Part shown: positions 10,289 to 22,388 of the stretch, in pieces
Layout: the number at the start of each line of letters is the position of its first letter
How positions within the stretch are numbered: position 1 is the stretch's first letter
Origin: Myxococcales bacterium
Lineage (GTDB): Bacteria > Myxococcota_A > Polyangia > Polyangiales > Houyiibacteriaceae
DNA: 64,000 nt
Assembly (NCBI GenBank): GCA_020430775.1
Contig: JAGQJE010000206.1
Coordinates: 65,837 to 129,836 of the forward strand
Direction: 5' to 3'
The notes under the pieces: model-generated
The model's input: only the letters and a program-made list of their open reading frames with translations
Databases searched by the model: none
Told to the model about the DNA's origin: nothing
Position numbers and translations under genes: made by a program

Positions 10289-10514
10289 ACGTTCGTGCTC
10301 GCGTCATGTCGTCTCACCGCGCGCCGACCGGGTTGCGGCGCCCCCCGGCGAGGGTGCCACGAACCAGCCCGGACGCCGAAACGTACGCTCGGGAATCCTC
10401 GGGCTCCGCGCCGTTTCCAACGGTTGACCGTCCTCGGACGCTGGGCTAGTACACGCCCGCCTTGGCGCCCGAGCCCTCTCCGGCTGGGCGCGCTGCTGGC
10501 CGGAGAGGTGGCAA

Positions 10515-10961
10515 GTGCTGGCTGCGATGTTCCATTTCCTTTTGGCGATGCAACCGCCGCCGACCGCGGGCGGAGGGGCAGCGCCCACGGGTGGAGCAGG
10601 CGCGGCGGCCGGCGCGGCGCAGGCCGGCGCGCAGCACGCGGTGGGCTGCGCGGGCGGCAGCATGATGAACATCGCGCTGCCCGTTCTGATGGTGGCGGTG
10701 TTCTATTTTCTGCTCATCCGCCCCCAGCAGAAGCGCCAGCGCGAGACAGACGCCATGCTCGCGGCCCTGAAGAAGGGCGACGTCGTCCGGACCACGGGCG
10801 GCATCCGCGGCGAGATCACCGCGCTCGGCGACCGCGACGTGACGCTCCAGGTCGCCGACCGGACGCGCATCAACGTGCTCAGAGCCCACGTGGCAGGGGT
10901 CGAGCGTCTCGACGATTCCGACGGCAAGGCCGGCAAGACCGACAAGACAGAGAAGGGCTGA
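10515..10961 (+). CDS. yajC: preprotein translocase subunit YajC
   Basis: VFYFLLIRPQQKRQRETDAMLAALKKGDVVRTTGGIRGEITAL. Located immediately upstream of secD-secF. Start is uncertain; ATG alternatives at 10662/10665 would remove a Gly/Ala-rich leader. Confidence 0.85.
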   Translation: MLAAMFHFLLAMQPPPTAGGGAAPTGGAGAAAGAAQAGAQHAVGCAGGSMMNIALPVLMVAVFYFLLIRPQQKRQRETDAMLAALKKGDVVRTTGGIRGEITALGDRDVTLQVADRTRINVLRAHVAGVERLDDSDGKAGKTDKTEKG

Positions 10962-10999
10962 GGCCGCAGCCCGCCTGCGCCTCGCGACGAAGCATACCT

Positions 11000-12826
11000 A
11001 TGGATAGAGGCTGGTACCTACGCTGCTCTGTCGTCGTGCTCGCGACCGTCCTGGCCGCGCTGGCGCTCTGGCCGAGCCTCCAACAATGGCTCCCGGCGCC
11101 CAAGCTCGTGCAGGAGTGGTTCCCGGGGCGGATCAGCCCAGGGCTCGACATCCGCGGCGGCCTCCGCCTGAGCTACGACGTCGAGGTCGACGAGTACATC
11201 CGCGATCGCCGCGACCGCGACGCGGACAACCTCCTGCGCGACCTCGGCGTGCTGCTCGGCGTCTACGACAAGGACGCGGCGCCCGAGGTCGGCCGTGAAC
11301 AGCTCCAGAAGGTCCACGAGCAGGTCGAGGTGAAGAACGTCGGCGACCGATCGGTCCGGGTGACCTTCAAGGACCCGAGCAAGGCCGCGCGCTTCGACCG
11401 CGACTGGCTGAACGACCACGGGCTGTCGGAGCTGCGCATCAAGAGCAGCCGCGATGGCGTCTTCGTGCTCGCGATGCGCGACGATCAGCTCGACAAGCTG
11501 CGGGCGACGGCGGTCCAGCAGGCCGTCAAGACGGTCAGTCAGCGCATCGACAAGCTCGGCTTGCGTGAGGCGTCCGTCGTCGGTCAGGCGAGCAACATCG
11601 TCGTCGAGCTGCCCGGCGCCGACCAGAAGACCTTCGACCGCATCCGCTCCATCATCAGCCGGACGGCGAAGCTCGAGTTCAAGATCGTCGACGACGACAC
11701 CAACTTCGCGGGCGACTTCCGCGACAAGATGCCCAAAGGCATCGAATACCAGACGGAGACCGTCGCCGCGGGCGAGAGCAAGCCGCAGGTCACCGTCGGC
11801 TACTTCGTCGCGCGTGGCGAGGATGCCCGCGCCCACCTGCAGAAGTTCGTCGACACGCTCCCCGTGCCGGAGGACCACCAGCTCCTCCTCGGGCCGATCG
11901 GCGAGTCCAGCCAGAGCGGGGCCAAAGAAGAAGCCTGGCGGACGTACTACGTCTTCAAGATCTCGAACGTCACGGGCGAGGACGTCCAGGACGCGAACGT
12001 CGCCTTCGATTCGCAGCAGGGCAACCGCCCGATCGTGACGATGCAGTTCAACCAGACCGGCGCGCGACGCTTCGGTGACCTGACCGGTCGCAACGTCCAC
12101 CGGCGGATGGCGATCGTCCTCGACGACGTCGTCTCCTCGGCCCCGAACATCCAGGAGCGCATCGGCGGCGGTCGCGGCCAGATCACGCTCGGCAGCTTCC
12201 TCGACTACAACCAGCTCCTCGCAGAGGCGAAGGATCTCGTCGTGGTCCTGCGCGCCGGCGCGCTGCCCGCGCCGCTGCGGCCCGGCAACGAGCAGCTCAT
12301 CGGCCCGACGCTCGGCAAGGACTCGGTCGCCCAGGGCACCGAGGGCGCGCTCGTCGGCATCGGCCTAGTGCTGCTCTTCATGGCCATCTACTATGAGGTC
12401 GCGGGGCTGGTCGCCGACGTCATGGTCCTGCTGAACCTCCTCTTCATCCTCGCGATCATGGCGGCGTTCGAGGCGACCCTCACGCTCCCTGGCATCGCCG
12501 CGATCGCGCTCACGGTCGGCATGGCGGTCGACGCGAACGTGCTCATCACCGAGCGCATACGCGAGGAGCTAGCCGGCGGGAAGTCCCCGAGGTCCGCCGT
12601 GGATCAGGGCTTCGGTCGCGCGTTCTGGTCCGTCTTCGACAGCCAGCTCACGACCTTCATCGCCGGCGTCGTGCTCTTTCAGTACGGCACCGGCCCCATC
12701 AAGGGCTTCGCCGTGATGCTGATGATCGGCATCGTGACCTCCCTCTTCACGGGCGTCTTCTGCTCGAAGGTCATGATGGACTGGCTGGTTCGCGGGCTCC
12801 GCGTCGAGCGCTTGCGGGTGGGGTAG
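11000..12826 (+). CDS. secD: protein translocase subunit SecD
   Basis: Inside ORF 10130-12826. The ATG at 11000 gives MDRGWYLRCSVVVLATVLAALALWPSL...GLDIRGGLRLSY, followed by a C-terminal multi-TM SecD/SecF domain. Confidence 0.93.
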   Translation: MDRGWYLRCSVVVLATVLAALALWPSLQQWLPAPKLVQEWFPGRISPGLDIRGGLRLSYDVEVDEYIRDRRDRDADNLLRDLGVLLGVYDKDAAPEVGREQLQKVHEQVEVKNVGDRSVRVTFKDPSKAARFDRDWLNDHGLSELRIKSSRDGVFVLAMRDDQLDKLRATAVQQAVKTVSQRIDKLGLREASVVGQASNIVVELPGADQKTFDRIRSIISRTAKLEFKIVDDDTNFAGDFRDKMPKGIEYQTETVAAGESKPQVTVGYFVARGEDARAHLQKFVDTLPVPEDHQLLLGPIGESSQSGAKEEAWRTYYVFKISNVTGEDVQDANVAFDSQQGNRPIVTMQFNQTGARRFGDLTGRNVHRRMAIVLDDVVSSAPNIQERIGGGRGQITLGSFLDYNQLLAEAKDLVVVLRAGALPAPLRPGNEQLIGPTLGKDSVAQGTEGALVGIGLVLLFMAIYYEVAGLVADVMVLLNLLFILAIMAAFEATLTLPGIAAIALTVGMAVDANVLITERIREELAGGKSPRSAVDQGFGRAFWSVFDSQLTTFIAGVVLFQYGTGPIKGFAVMLMIGIVTSLFTGVFCSKVMMDWLVRGLRVERLRVG

Positions 12827-12829
12827 CTC

Positions 12830-14008
12830 ATGGAAATCGTCAAGCCCGGCACCTACATCGACTTCATGCGCTACCGAGGGCGCGTCATCTCGGTGTCGCT
12901 GTTCTTGCTCTTCGCGAGCGCCTTCGCCCTCATCGTGTGGCCTGGGCCGCAGTACGGCATCGACTTCGCGGGCGGCACCGAGATCCAGCTCGCCTTTCAC
13001 GGGAACGTCAGCTCGTCCGAGATCCGCGATACGCTGACGAAGCTCGGCCACGACCGCCCCGACGTGGTCGCGGTCGAGGGTCACCCGAACGAGTACATCC
13101 TGCGCATCCGCGAGATCTCGTCGCTGCCTGAGAACGAGAAGGACCAGATAGAGGCGCAGATCCAGAAGAGCCTCGGCGCGGACACGGTCGAAGAGGTGAA
13201 GTTCTCCCCGGGTGGCGACAAGCTGTCGCTCCGCCTCAGCAAAGAGGTCCCGATCTCCGAGGTGTCGGACGCGCTGCACGCGACCAGCGCGAAGGTCCGT
13301 GACGTCACCCAGTTCGGCAAGACGTCCGATCACCGCTACGAGGCGCGCCTGGTAGGCATCGGCGACGAGGTCGTCCACCAGCTCCAGCAGGCGTTCGGCG
13401 CGCGCGGGCCGGGCGACCCGCTCCAGGTGCAGTGGGTCGGGCCGAAGGCCGGCCAGCAGCTCCGAAACGCCGCCATCCAGTCGCTGCTCTACACCGTGGC
13501 CTTCATCATGGTCTACATCGCGTTCCGCTTCGACCTGCGCTTCGCGCCGGGAGCGGTCATCGCGATGTGCCACGACGCGTTCATCACGCTCGGCATCTAC
13601 GTCCTGCTTCACAAGCAGATCAACCTCACGACGGTCGCGGCGCTGCTCACGGTCATGGGCTACTCCATCAACGACACCATCGTCGTCTACGACCGAATAC
13701 GCGAGAACATGGGCCGCATGCGCGGGACGCCGCTGCGCGAGCTGATCAACGTCAGCACCTCGCAGATGCTGTCGCGCACCCTGCTCACGTCGGGCACGAC
13801 GCTCGTCTCGGTGACCGCGTTCTTCATCTGGGGCACGCCCGTCATCCAGGACATCACCTTCGCGCTGATGATCGGCATCGTCATCGGCACGTTCTCGTCG
13901 ATCTACATCGCGTCTCCGATCACGGAGTGGTTCGACACGCGCTTCTTCAGCGAAGAGGCGCGGGCGCGCCGCTCGGGCGCGTCGTCGCGCGCGCAGGGCA
14001 AGGCCTGA
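12830..14008 (+). CDS. secF: protein translocase subunit SecF
   Basis: 392 aa. GIDFAGGTEIQL plus a six-TM SecF core (MGYSINDTIVVYDRIREN). Confidence 0.93.
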   Translation: MEIVKPGTYIDFMRYRGRVISVSLFLLFASAFALIVWPGPQYGIDFAGGTEIQLAFHGNVSSSEIRDTLTKLGHDRPDVVAVEGHPNEYILRIREISSLPENEKDQIEAQIQKSLGADTVEEVKFSPGGDKLSLRLSKEVPISEVSDALHATSAKVRDVTQFGKTSDHRYEARLVGIGDEVVHQLQQAFGARGPGDPLQVQWVGPKAGQQLRNAAIQSLLYTVAFIMVYIAFRFDLRFAPGAVIAMCHDAFITLGIYVLLHKQINLTTVAALLTVMGYSINDTIVVYDRIRENMGRMRGTPLRELINVSTSQMLSRTLLTSGTTLVSVTAFFIWGTPVIQDITFALMIGIVIGTFSSIYIASPITEWFDTRFFSEEARARRSGASSRAQGKA

Positions 14009-15804
14009 CCTCGGCGGGGCCGGACGCGAGCACCTCCGGCGCCGGTGACGCGCCCGTTGGTGGCTCGGCGCCTGGGCCACGGCCGCTCGATTGCGGGGCG
14101 TTCTCGGTCCGTCCGGGCGAGGCCGCGCGCGCCGCGGACCTCGGCGCGAGGCTCGGGGTCGGGGCGGCGGTCGCGCAGGTGCTCATGCACCGCGGCTACG
14201 GCGAGGTGGGCGCGGCGCGAGGGTTCCTCGACGCGCGCCTGTCAGGCCTCACGCCGCCCGACGCGATGGCCGGTCGCGCGGAGGCGGCCGCCCGGCTGGC
14301 GGACGCCGCGCGTCGCGCGGAGCGCGTGGTCGTCTTCGGCGACTACGATGTCGACGGCACGACGAGCGCGGCCATCCTCGCGGACGTGCTCGAGGCGCTC
14401 GGCGCGGAGGTCGCGGCGCTCGTCGCGAACCGCTTCGACGGAGGCTACGGGCTGAGCGACGCGGCGCTCGACCGCTGCCTCGAGGCGGGTCCCGCCGTGC
14501 TCGTCACCTGCGACTGCGGCTCGAGCGACCACGAGCGGATCGCCCGCGCGAAGGCGCGCGGGGTCGACGTCGTCGTCATCGACCATCACCTCGTCCCGAG
14601 CGCTCCGCTGCCGGCCGACGCGTTCCTGAACCCGCACCGGCCCGAGTGCGGCTTTCCATACAAGGGGCTCGCCAGCGCCGGGCTCGCGCTCTCGATCGCC
14701 GCGGCGGTCCGCGCGGAGCTCGGCAGCAGGCTCGACGTGCGCGGGTGGCTCGACCTCGTCGCGCTCGGCACCGTCGCCGACGTCGCGCCGCTCGACGGCG
14801 ACAACCGCCGGCTCGTGCGGGCGGGGCTGCGGGCGCTCGCCTCCGCGCGGGCGCGCCCGGGCGTCGCCGCGCTCCGAAGCCTCGCCCGACTGCGCCCCGG
14901 TGCTCCGATCGGGGGCCGGACGATCGCCTTCAAGCTCGCCCCGAGGCTGAACGCCCCGGGCCGCCTCGGTGAGGCGAGCGTCACCCTGGAACTGCTCCGC
15001 GCGCGGGATCCGGCACGCGCGCGGACCCTCGCCCGCGAGGTCGAGCGCCTGAACGACCGGCGCAAGGTGCTCAGCCGCGAGGCGACCGACGCCGCGATGG
15101 CGCAGGTCGAGGCCGTGTACGGCGCGGAGCCGGCGGGCGGTGTCGTCGTCGGCGCCGAGGGCTGGCACCCGGGTGTCGTCGGGATCGTCGCGGCGCGGCT
15201 CGCCGACAGGTTCCGCGTGCCGGTCGCAGTCCTCGCGCTCGACGGCCGCGCGGGCCAAGGGAGCGTCCGCGGCGACGGCCTCACCGACGTCCACGCCTGC
15301 CTCGCCCGGTGCGCGGAGTCGCTCGAGCTCTTCGGCGGGCACCGCGCGGCCGCGGGGATGTCCATCCGGCCCGGCCGCTTCGAGGCGTTTCGCGACGGCT
15401 TCGCCGAGGCGGTCGCGGCGAGCCGGGCGGCGCGGCGGGCCGAGCGCGTGGACCAACCTTCGCCGCGCGTACCAGTGGTCGACGCGACGCTCGGCGAGAC
15501 GCTGGCCCTGCCGAGCCTCGAAGACCTCCAGCTCCTCGAGCCGCTCGGTGAGGCCAACCCTGCGCCGCTCTTCGCGCTCGCAGCGCAGGTGCACGCGGCG
15601 CGGGCGGTGGGTGCCGACGGCAGCCACCTCAAGCTCGAGCTGGATGTGGGCGGCCGGCGGGTCGGCGCGTTCGCGCCGGGGCAGGGGGGCCGTGCCGACG
15701 CGCTGCGGGGCGCCATCTGGGCGGTCGGGGAGCTGTATCCGGACGACTACCGTGGGGGCGACGCCCTCGAGCTGTCGGTCGAGGCGCTCGCCGCGCGCGA
15801 CTGA
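14005..15804 (+). CDS. recJ: single-stranded-DNA-specific exonuclease RecJ (start unresolved)
   Basis: DHH motifs VVVFGDYDVDGTTSAAIL, VTCDCGSSDHE, VIDHHL and LVALGTVADVAPL. The RecJ-like sequence extends upstream of the first canonical in-frame start (GTG 14179 / ATG 14185). The only upstream candidate is CTG 14005, which overlaps the secF stop. Confidence 0.85.
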   Translation: MTSAGPDASTSGAGDAPVGGSAPGPRPLDCGAFSVRPGEAARAADLGARLGVGAAVAQVLMHRGYGEVGAARGFLDARLSGLTPPDAMAGRAEAAARLADAARRAERVVVFGDYDVDGTTSAAILADVLEALGAEVAALVANRFDGGYGLSDAALDRCLEAGPAVLVTCDCGSSDHERIARAKARGVDVVVIDHHLVPSAPLPADAFLNPHRPECGFPYKGLASAGLALSIAAAVRAELGSRLDVRGWLDLVALGTVADVAPLDGDNRRLVRAGLRALASARARPGVAALRSLARLRPGAPIGGRTIAFKLAPRLNAPGRLGEASVTLELLRARDPARARTLAREVERLNDRRKVLSREATDAAMAQVEAVYGAEPAGGVVVGAEGWHPGVVGIVAARLADRFRVPVAVLALDGRAGQGSVRGDGLTDVHACLARCAESLELFGGHRAAAGMSIRPGRFEAFRDGFAEAVAASRAARRAERVDQPSPRVPVVDATLGETLALPSLEDLQLLEPLGEANPAPLFALAAQVHAARAVGADGSHLKLELDVGGRRVGAFAPGQGGRADALRGAIWAVGELYPDDYRGGDALELSVEALAARD

Positions 15805-15828
15805 GCCCGCCGGGCAGCCCTCCGCCCC

Positions 15829-16614
15829 TCAGCGGCCGGTCCAGCGCGGCTCGCGCTTCTCCGCGAACGCCCGCAGCCCCTCGCGCGCGTCCTCCGAGGC
15901 GAGCAGCTCGCCGAAGCGCTCGCGCAAGAAGGGGAGCGCCTCTGCGAGCGAGAGGTCACCTTGCGCGTGGTACGCGGCGAGCCCGACGCGCATGGCGGTC
16001 GGAGATTGCGCCGCGAGCCGCGCGGCGAGCGCGGCGACGGCGTCGTCCAGCTCGCCCGCGGGGACGACCTCCGTGACGAGCCCGTGGTCGAGCGCCTCGG
16101 CCGCGCTCAGCCGGTCTCCGAGGAGCATCATCTTCAGGAGCTTGCGGCGCGGGACGATGCGCGAGAGCACCGCCATGATCATCATCGGCCACAGCCCGCG
16201 CTTGACCTCGGGCGTGCCGACGGTGGCGTCCTCGCACGCGATCGCGAAGTCGCAGCTCGCGACGAGCCCGAGCCCGCCACCCATCGCGTAGCCAGGCACG
16301 CGGGCGATCGTGGGCTTACCGAGCGTCGTGAAGCGAAGCAGCAGGTCCGCGAAGTCGCCTCGCGCGGGCAGGTCGGTCGTCGCGCCGACCTGCTTTAGGT
16401 CCGCGCCCGCGCTGAAGACCCCTCCGGCGCCCGTCAGGACCACCACGCGCACACCCTCATCGGCCGCGGCGTCGTCGAGCGCCCACAGCAGCTCGTTGAC
16501 GCTACCGGGGCCGAGCGCGTTCTTGCGCGCCGGGTTGTCGAGCGTGAGGGTCGCGACCGCGCCCTCGTGCGAGACGCGGATGTGCTGATAATCTCGTTCC
16601 TTCATGCGCGGCAT
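15829..16614 (-). CDS. enoyl-CoA hydratase/isomerase (crotonase) family protein
   Basis: ATLTLDNPARKNALG and VVVLTGAGGVFSAGADLK oxyanion-hole motifs. Confidence 0.85.
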   Translation of the reverse strand: MPRMKERDYQHIRVSHEGAVATLTLDNPARKNALGPGSVNELLWALDDAAADEGVRVVVLTGAGGVFSAGADLKQVGATTDLPARGDFADLLLRFTTLGKPTIARVPGYAMGGGLGLVASCDFAIACEDATVGTPEVKRGLWPMMIMAVLSRIVPRRKLLKMMLLGDRLSAAEALDHGLVTEVVPAGELDDAVAALAARLAAQSPTAMRVGLAAYHAQGDLSLAEALPFLRERFGELLASEDAREGLRAFAEKREPRWTGR

Positions 16615-16706
16615 CTCCCTGCCGGGAGCTTACACCGCTTCCCGCGCCACCCAATCGTTCGGCCGACCTGTTGCCCTGCTCGCGCAGTGTCGCTAAGCTC
16701 CGGCCG

Positions 16707-17372
16707 ATGTTCGCACGGAGGAACGTCTTGCCTGACATCCGGACCGGCGCCATCGCGGCGCTCTGCGCAGCTCTGTCGGTCGGGGCCGCGGCCTCTCCAC
16801 GGGCCGCGCTCGCCCAGACCGTCACGCCCACCACGGCGAAGCGCTCGACCATCGACGCGAAGCCGAAGGGCACGATCGGGCTCGGCATCCTCGGTGCCGA
16901 GGTCGGTCTGATCGTGCCCGCGCTCGCCGGCCTCGACAAGGCCTGGGCGCTCACGGTCTTCCCGATCGTCGGGGCCGGCGCCGGCGCCGCGGTCGGGTGG
17001 TTCGCCATCGACGACAAGGGCCACAGCAAGGCCGCGGTCGGCGTGCTCGTCGGCAGCATCGCGATGTTCGTCCCCACCGTCGTGGCGACCGTCGCGCTCA
17101 CCCGCTACAAGCCGGGCGACGAGAAGCCGGTCGCGGGCGTACGAGGGCAGAACGCGGTCCAGGCGGTGCTCGACCTCACGCGCGCGCAGATGGACCGCGC
17201 GGCGCTCGGGGTCGACGTGGGCACCGGTGCGCTGCGCCTCACCTCAGCCGGGCTCGAGCTGCGCGCGCCGGGCGTCTCCATCGCCCAGACCTACACAGAC
17301 GTCGAGCTCGAGCACTACGGCGGCAACCAGCACGCCGAGCTGCACGTCGCGCTCTTTTCCGGCGTCTTCTGA
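16707..17372 (+). CDS. hypothetical secreted/membrane protein
   Basis: Internal ATG of ORF 16671-17372 gives a signal-like N-terminus (MFARRNVLPDIRTGAIAALCAALSVGAAASPRAALA) followed by Gly/Ala-rich hydrophobic segments. No family recognised. Confidence 0.55.
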   Translation: MFARRNVLPDIRTGAIAALCAALSVGAAASPRAALAQTVTPTTAKRSTIDAKPKGTIGLGILGAEVGLIVPALAGLDKAWALTVFPIVGAGAGAAVGWFAIDDKGHSKAAVGVLVGSIAMFVPTVVATVALTRYKPGDEKPVAGVRGQNAVQAVLDLTRAQMDRAALGVDVGTGALRLTSAGLELRAPGVSIAQTYTDVELEHYGGNQHAELHVALFSGVF

Positions 17373-17380
17373 GCGCCTGA

Positions 17381-18511
17381 TTGCCGGACACGCACGCGCT
17401 CGTCGCCACCGTCCGACGGACGGTGCGCGAACGGGGGCTGCTCGAGCGGGGTGATCACGTCGTCGTCGCGTGCTCGGGTGGTCCCGACTCGGTGACGATG
17501 CTCGACGTGTTGGCCCACCTCGCGCCCGAGCTCGGGGTGACCCTGCACGCGGCGTCGATCGACCACGGGCTGCGGGCGGAGGCGGCCACGGAGGTCGAGG
17601 GGGTGGGGCGCCTCGCGGCGGCGCTTGGGGTGCCCTTCGTCGGGCTGCGGGTCACCGTCGCGCCGCGGCCGGAGGGCTCGCTGCAGGCCGCGGCGCGGCG
17701 CGGGAGGTACGGCGCCTTGTTCGAGCTCGCGGCGCAGCATCCCGGCGCGCGTCGCGGCGCGCGCGTCGCCGTCGGCCACACGCGCGACGATCAGGCTGAG
17801 ACGGTCCTCGCGCGCTTGCTCCGGGGCGCGGGCGTGCGGGGGCTCGGCGCGATCGTCCCGCGGCGCGCGGACGGGGTCATCCGCCCGCTCCTCGACTGCA
17901 CCCGCGCGCAGGTCGAGACCTATCTGTCCCATCGGCGCTTGTCCGCGGTGCGTGACCCGTCGAACGCCGACCGCGGCTTCTTGCGGACCCGCGTACGCAC
18001 CGACCTCCTGCCCCGGCTCCTCGAGGAGGATCCCGCCTTGCTAGGTCATCTCAGCGACTTGTCCGACGAGGCGCGGGCGCTGACGGCGTGGGTCGACGCC
18101 GAGGCGCGGGCGCTGGCGCAGCGTGCCGGCGCACCCTCGGCCGACGATTCGAGCGACCCGAACCAAGGCGTGCGCGCCCTCGTTGCGGCGCTCGGAGCCG
18201 CCCCCGAGCCGCTGCGCCGGGCAGCGCTCCGCGTCCTCGTCGAGGGGGCGACGGGGCGCCTGCCGTCGCGCGCTCAGGTCGAGGCGATCGACCGCATGCT
18301 CTCGCGCCCGGAGGGTGACGCACAGGCCCGGGAGGAGGCGGTCCGGCTCGGCGGCGGGTGGGTCGCTCGCCGCGCGGAGGAGGCGCTGATCGTCCGCCGT
18401 GAGCCCGACGCCCGCGGCCACGCGGACCACGCCGGCCCGGCGGCGGGCGGCGCGGACGATTCCGAGGGGTTGCGCCGCGGGGAATCGCGACCCACAAGAG
18501 AGAAGCAGTAG
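17381..18511 (+). CDS. tilS: tRNA(Ile)-lysidine synthase
   Basis: PP-loop VVVACSGGPDSVTMLDVL. TTG start. Located directly upstream of ftsH, as in many bacteria. Confidence 0.88.
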   Translation: MPDTHALVATVRRTVRERGLLERGDHVVVACSGGPDSVTMLDVLAHLAPELGVTLHAASIDHGLRAEAATEVEGVGRLAAALGVPFVGLRVTVAPRPEGSLQAAARRGRYGALFELAAQHPGARRGARVAVGHTRDDQAETVLARLLRGAGVRGLGAIVPRRADGVIRPLLDCTRAQVETYLSHRRLSAVRDPSNADRGFLRTRVRTDLLPRLLEEDPALLGHLSDLSDEARALTAWVDAEARALAQRAGAPSADDSSDPNQGVRALVAALGAAPEPLRRAALRVLVEGATGRLPSRAQVEAIDRMLSRPEGDAQAREEAVRLGGGWVARRAEEALIVRREPDARGHADHAGPAAGGADDSEGLRRGESRPTREKQ

Positions 18512-18582
18512 CGTTTGCTACTACAATGCCCGGGGTAGGCGCCGGAATTCGCCGGTGCGCTGTCTCGCCGCCCGAGGTCGAC

Positions 18583-20499
<1,917 letters not shown>

Positions 20500-20514
20500 G
20501 CGGAGCGATCGTCG

Positions 20515-21423
20515 ATGAGCGGGGGGCCGGCGCCGGCGTGTGCGGTTTGGGGCATCGTCAACGTGACGGCCGACTCCTTCAGCGACGGCGGCGCCTACCT
20601 CGACCCCCGCGCCGCCATCGCGCAGGGCCGGCGGCTGCTCGCCGAGGGGGCCGCGGTCATCGACGTCGGCGGCGAGTCGTCGCGGCCCAAGGGGCAGACC
20701 TACGGCGCCGGGGCGCAGCGAGTCTCGCCGGACGAGGAGACGCGGCGCGTGGTCCCGGTCGTCGAGGCGCTGGCGGCGGCGGGCGCCACCGTCTCGATCG
20801 ACACCGTCAAGCCCGAGGTGGCGGAGGCCGCGCTTCGCGCCGGGGCGCGCGTCGTCAATGACGTGAGCGGCGGGCAGGATCGGGCGCTCTTCGAGGTGGC
20901 GGCGGCGCATGGCGCCGACTACGTGCTGATGCACACGCGCGGGCGAGGGGAGGTGACCCCACCGAACACGCGCTACGCGTCGTTGCTCGACGAGGTGCTG
21001 GACGAGCTGCGCGCGGGTGTCGAGCGCGCCCTCGAGGCGGGGCTCGAGCGAGAGCGCGTCTGGCTCGATCCCGGGCTCGGTTTCGCGAAAACCGCCGCGC
21101 AGAGCGGCGCGCTTCTGGCGTGCACCGCGGCCTTCGTGGACACTGGCCACAAGGTGATCGTCGGCGCGTCGCGGAAGTCTTTCATCGCCGAGCTCGCCGC
21201 CCGTGAGCCGGGCCGCTCCGGTGTCCCCGCCGCCGAGGCCGTCGCCGCCACAGGCCGGGCCGAGGCGCCGCCCGATCGCCGCGAGGGTGGGTCGATCGCC
21301 GCCGCGGTCATCGCCGCGATGGCCGGCGCCCACGCCGTGCGCGCGCACGAGGTAGCGGCGACGGTCCAGGCGGTGAGGCTCACCGGGGCGGTCGCGGGCC
21401 TCGCGAGGCGCGGGGTGCGGTGA
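20515..21423 (+). CDS. folP: dihydropteroate synthase
   Basis: WGIVNVTADSFSDGG and VIDVGGESSRP...DPGLGFAK motifs. Confidence 0.92.
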   Translation: MSGGPAPACAVWGIVNVTADSFSDGGAYLDPRAAIAQGRRLLAEGAAVIDVGGESSRPKGQTYGAGAQRVSPDEETRRVVPVVEALAAAGATVSIDTVKPEVAEAALRAGARVVNDVSGGQDRALFEVAAAHGADYVLMHTRGRGEVTPPNTRYASLLDEVLDELRAGVERALEAGLERERVWLDPGLGFAKTAAQSGALLACTAAFVDTGHKVIVGASRKSFIAELAAREPGRSGVPAAEAVAATGRAEAPPDRREGGSIAAAVIAAMAGAHAVRAHEVAATVQAVRLTGAVAGLARRGVR

Positions 21424-22388
21424 TGTCCGACGCGATCACCCAGCTCGCCGTGCATCTCCTCGACGCCGTCCAGACGTTCTTCCACCGCTCGCCGTGGCTC
21501 ATCCTGCGCGACTGCATCGACATCGGCATCGTCGCGACGCTGATCTACTGGGTGCTCGCCGTCCTGCGCGGCACGCGGGCGATGCAGATGGCGGTCGGCC
21601 TCATCTTGCTCTCGCTCGGCTACGCGCTCGCGAGGCAGCTCGGCCTCGTGACGACCTGGACGATCCTGAACTCGATGCTGACGTACATCGTCCTCATCGT
21701 CGTCGTCATCTTCCAGAACGACATTCGCCGCGCGCTGATGCGCGTCGGCGCCGGGGGCACGCCTTTTCTGCGCGCGACACGCACGGCGCGCGAGACGCTG
21801 GTCATCGAGGAGGTGATCAAGGCGGTGCAGCTCCTCGCGCAGAAGCGCGTCGGCGCGCTGATCGTCTTCGAGCGCGGGGCGACGCTCGACGAATTCATCG
21901 AGCACGGGACGGTGATCGACGCCGCCATCACGAAGGAGCTGCTCTACAGCATCTTCATCCCGAGCTTCGAGAACCCGCTTCATGACGGCGCGGTGATCGT
22001 GCGCGACTGGCGCGCGTGGCAGGCCGGGTCGTTCCTGCCGCTGGCGTCGTCGGACAAGCTCGACCGCAACCTCGGCACCCGCCACCGCGCGGCGCTCGGC
22101 ATCACCGGCGAGAGCGACGCCGTGTCCGTCGTCGTGAGCGAGGAGCGAGGTGAGATCTCCCTGTGCTTCGAGGGCAACATCGTGCGCAACCTCGACGGGG
22201 AGTCGCTCCGGAACGCGCTGTTCGGCCTCTTCTATCGCAAGGCGGGCTCGCCCGCCGAGGGCCGCGCGAAGAAGACCAAGGACAAGGCCCGCGCGTCGAC
22301 CGCGCCCCAAGGCGCGGCCGGTGCGGACGCGGCCGCCGCGACCGGCCCCGCCGCGGCGGTGACCGCCGAGACCAAGGAGTCGCCATGA
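21420..22388 (+). CDS. cdaA: diadenylate cyclase CdaA (DAC domain, three N-terminal TM helices)
   Basis: GALIVFERGATLDEFIEHG...LHDGAVIVRD...GTRHRAALGITGESDAVSVVVSEERGEISL. Start GTG 21420 or ATG 21423, overlapping the folP stop. Confidence 0.9.
   Translation: MMSDAITQLAVHLLDAVQTFFHRSPWLILRDCIDIGIVATLIYWVLAVLRGTRAMQMAVGLILLSLGYALARQLGLVTTWTILNSMLTYIVLIVVVIFQNDIRRALMRVGAGGTPFLRATRTARETLVIEEVIKAVQLLAQKRVGALIVFERGATLDEFIEHGTVIDAAITKELLYSIFIPSFENPLHDGAVIVRDWRAWQAGSFLPLASSDKLDRNLGTRHRAALGITGESDAVSVVVSEERGEISLCFEGNIVRNLDGESLRNALFGLFYRKAGSPAEGRAKKTKDKARASTAPQGAAGADAAAATGPAAAVTAETKESP

Noticed and set aside
10130-10999. N-terminal 290 codons of ORF 10130-12826, and similarly 13432-14004 of the recJ ORF and 7141-8076 of the ilvE ORF
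   Set aside because: These extensions overlap yajC, glnE or secF and are Arg/Pro-rich. Homology to SecD, RecJ and IlvE starts only at the internal positions used.
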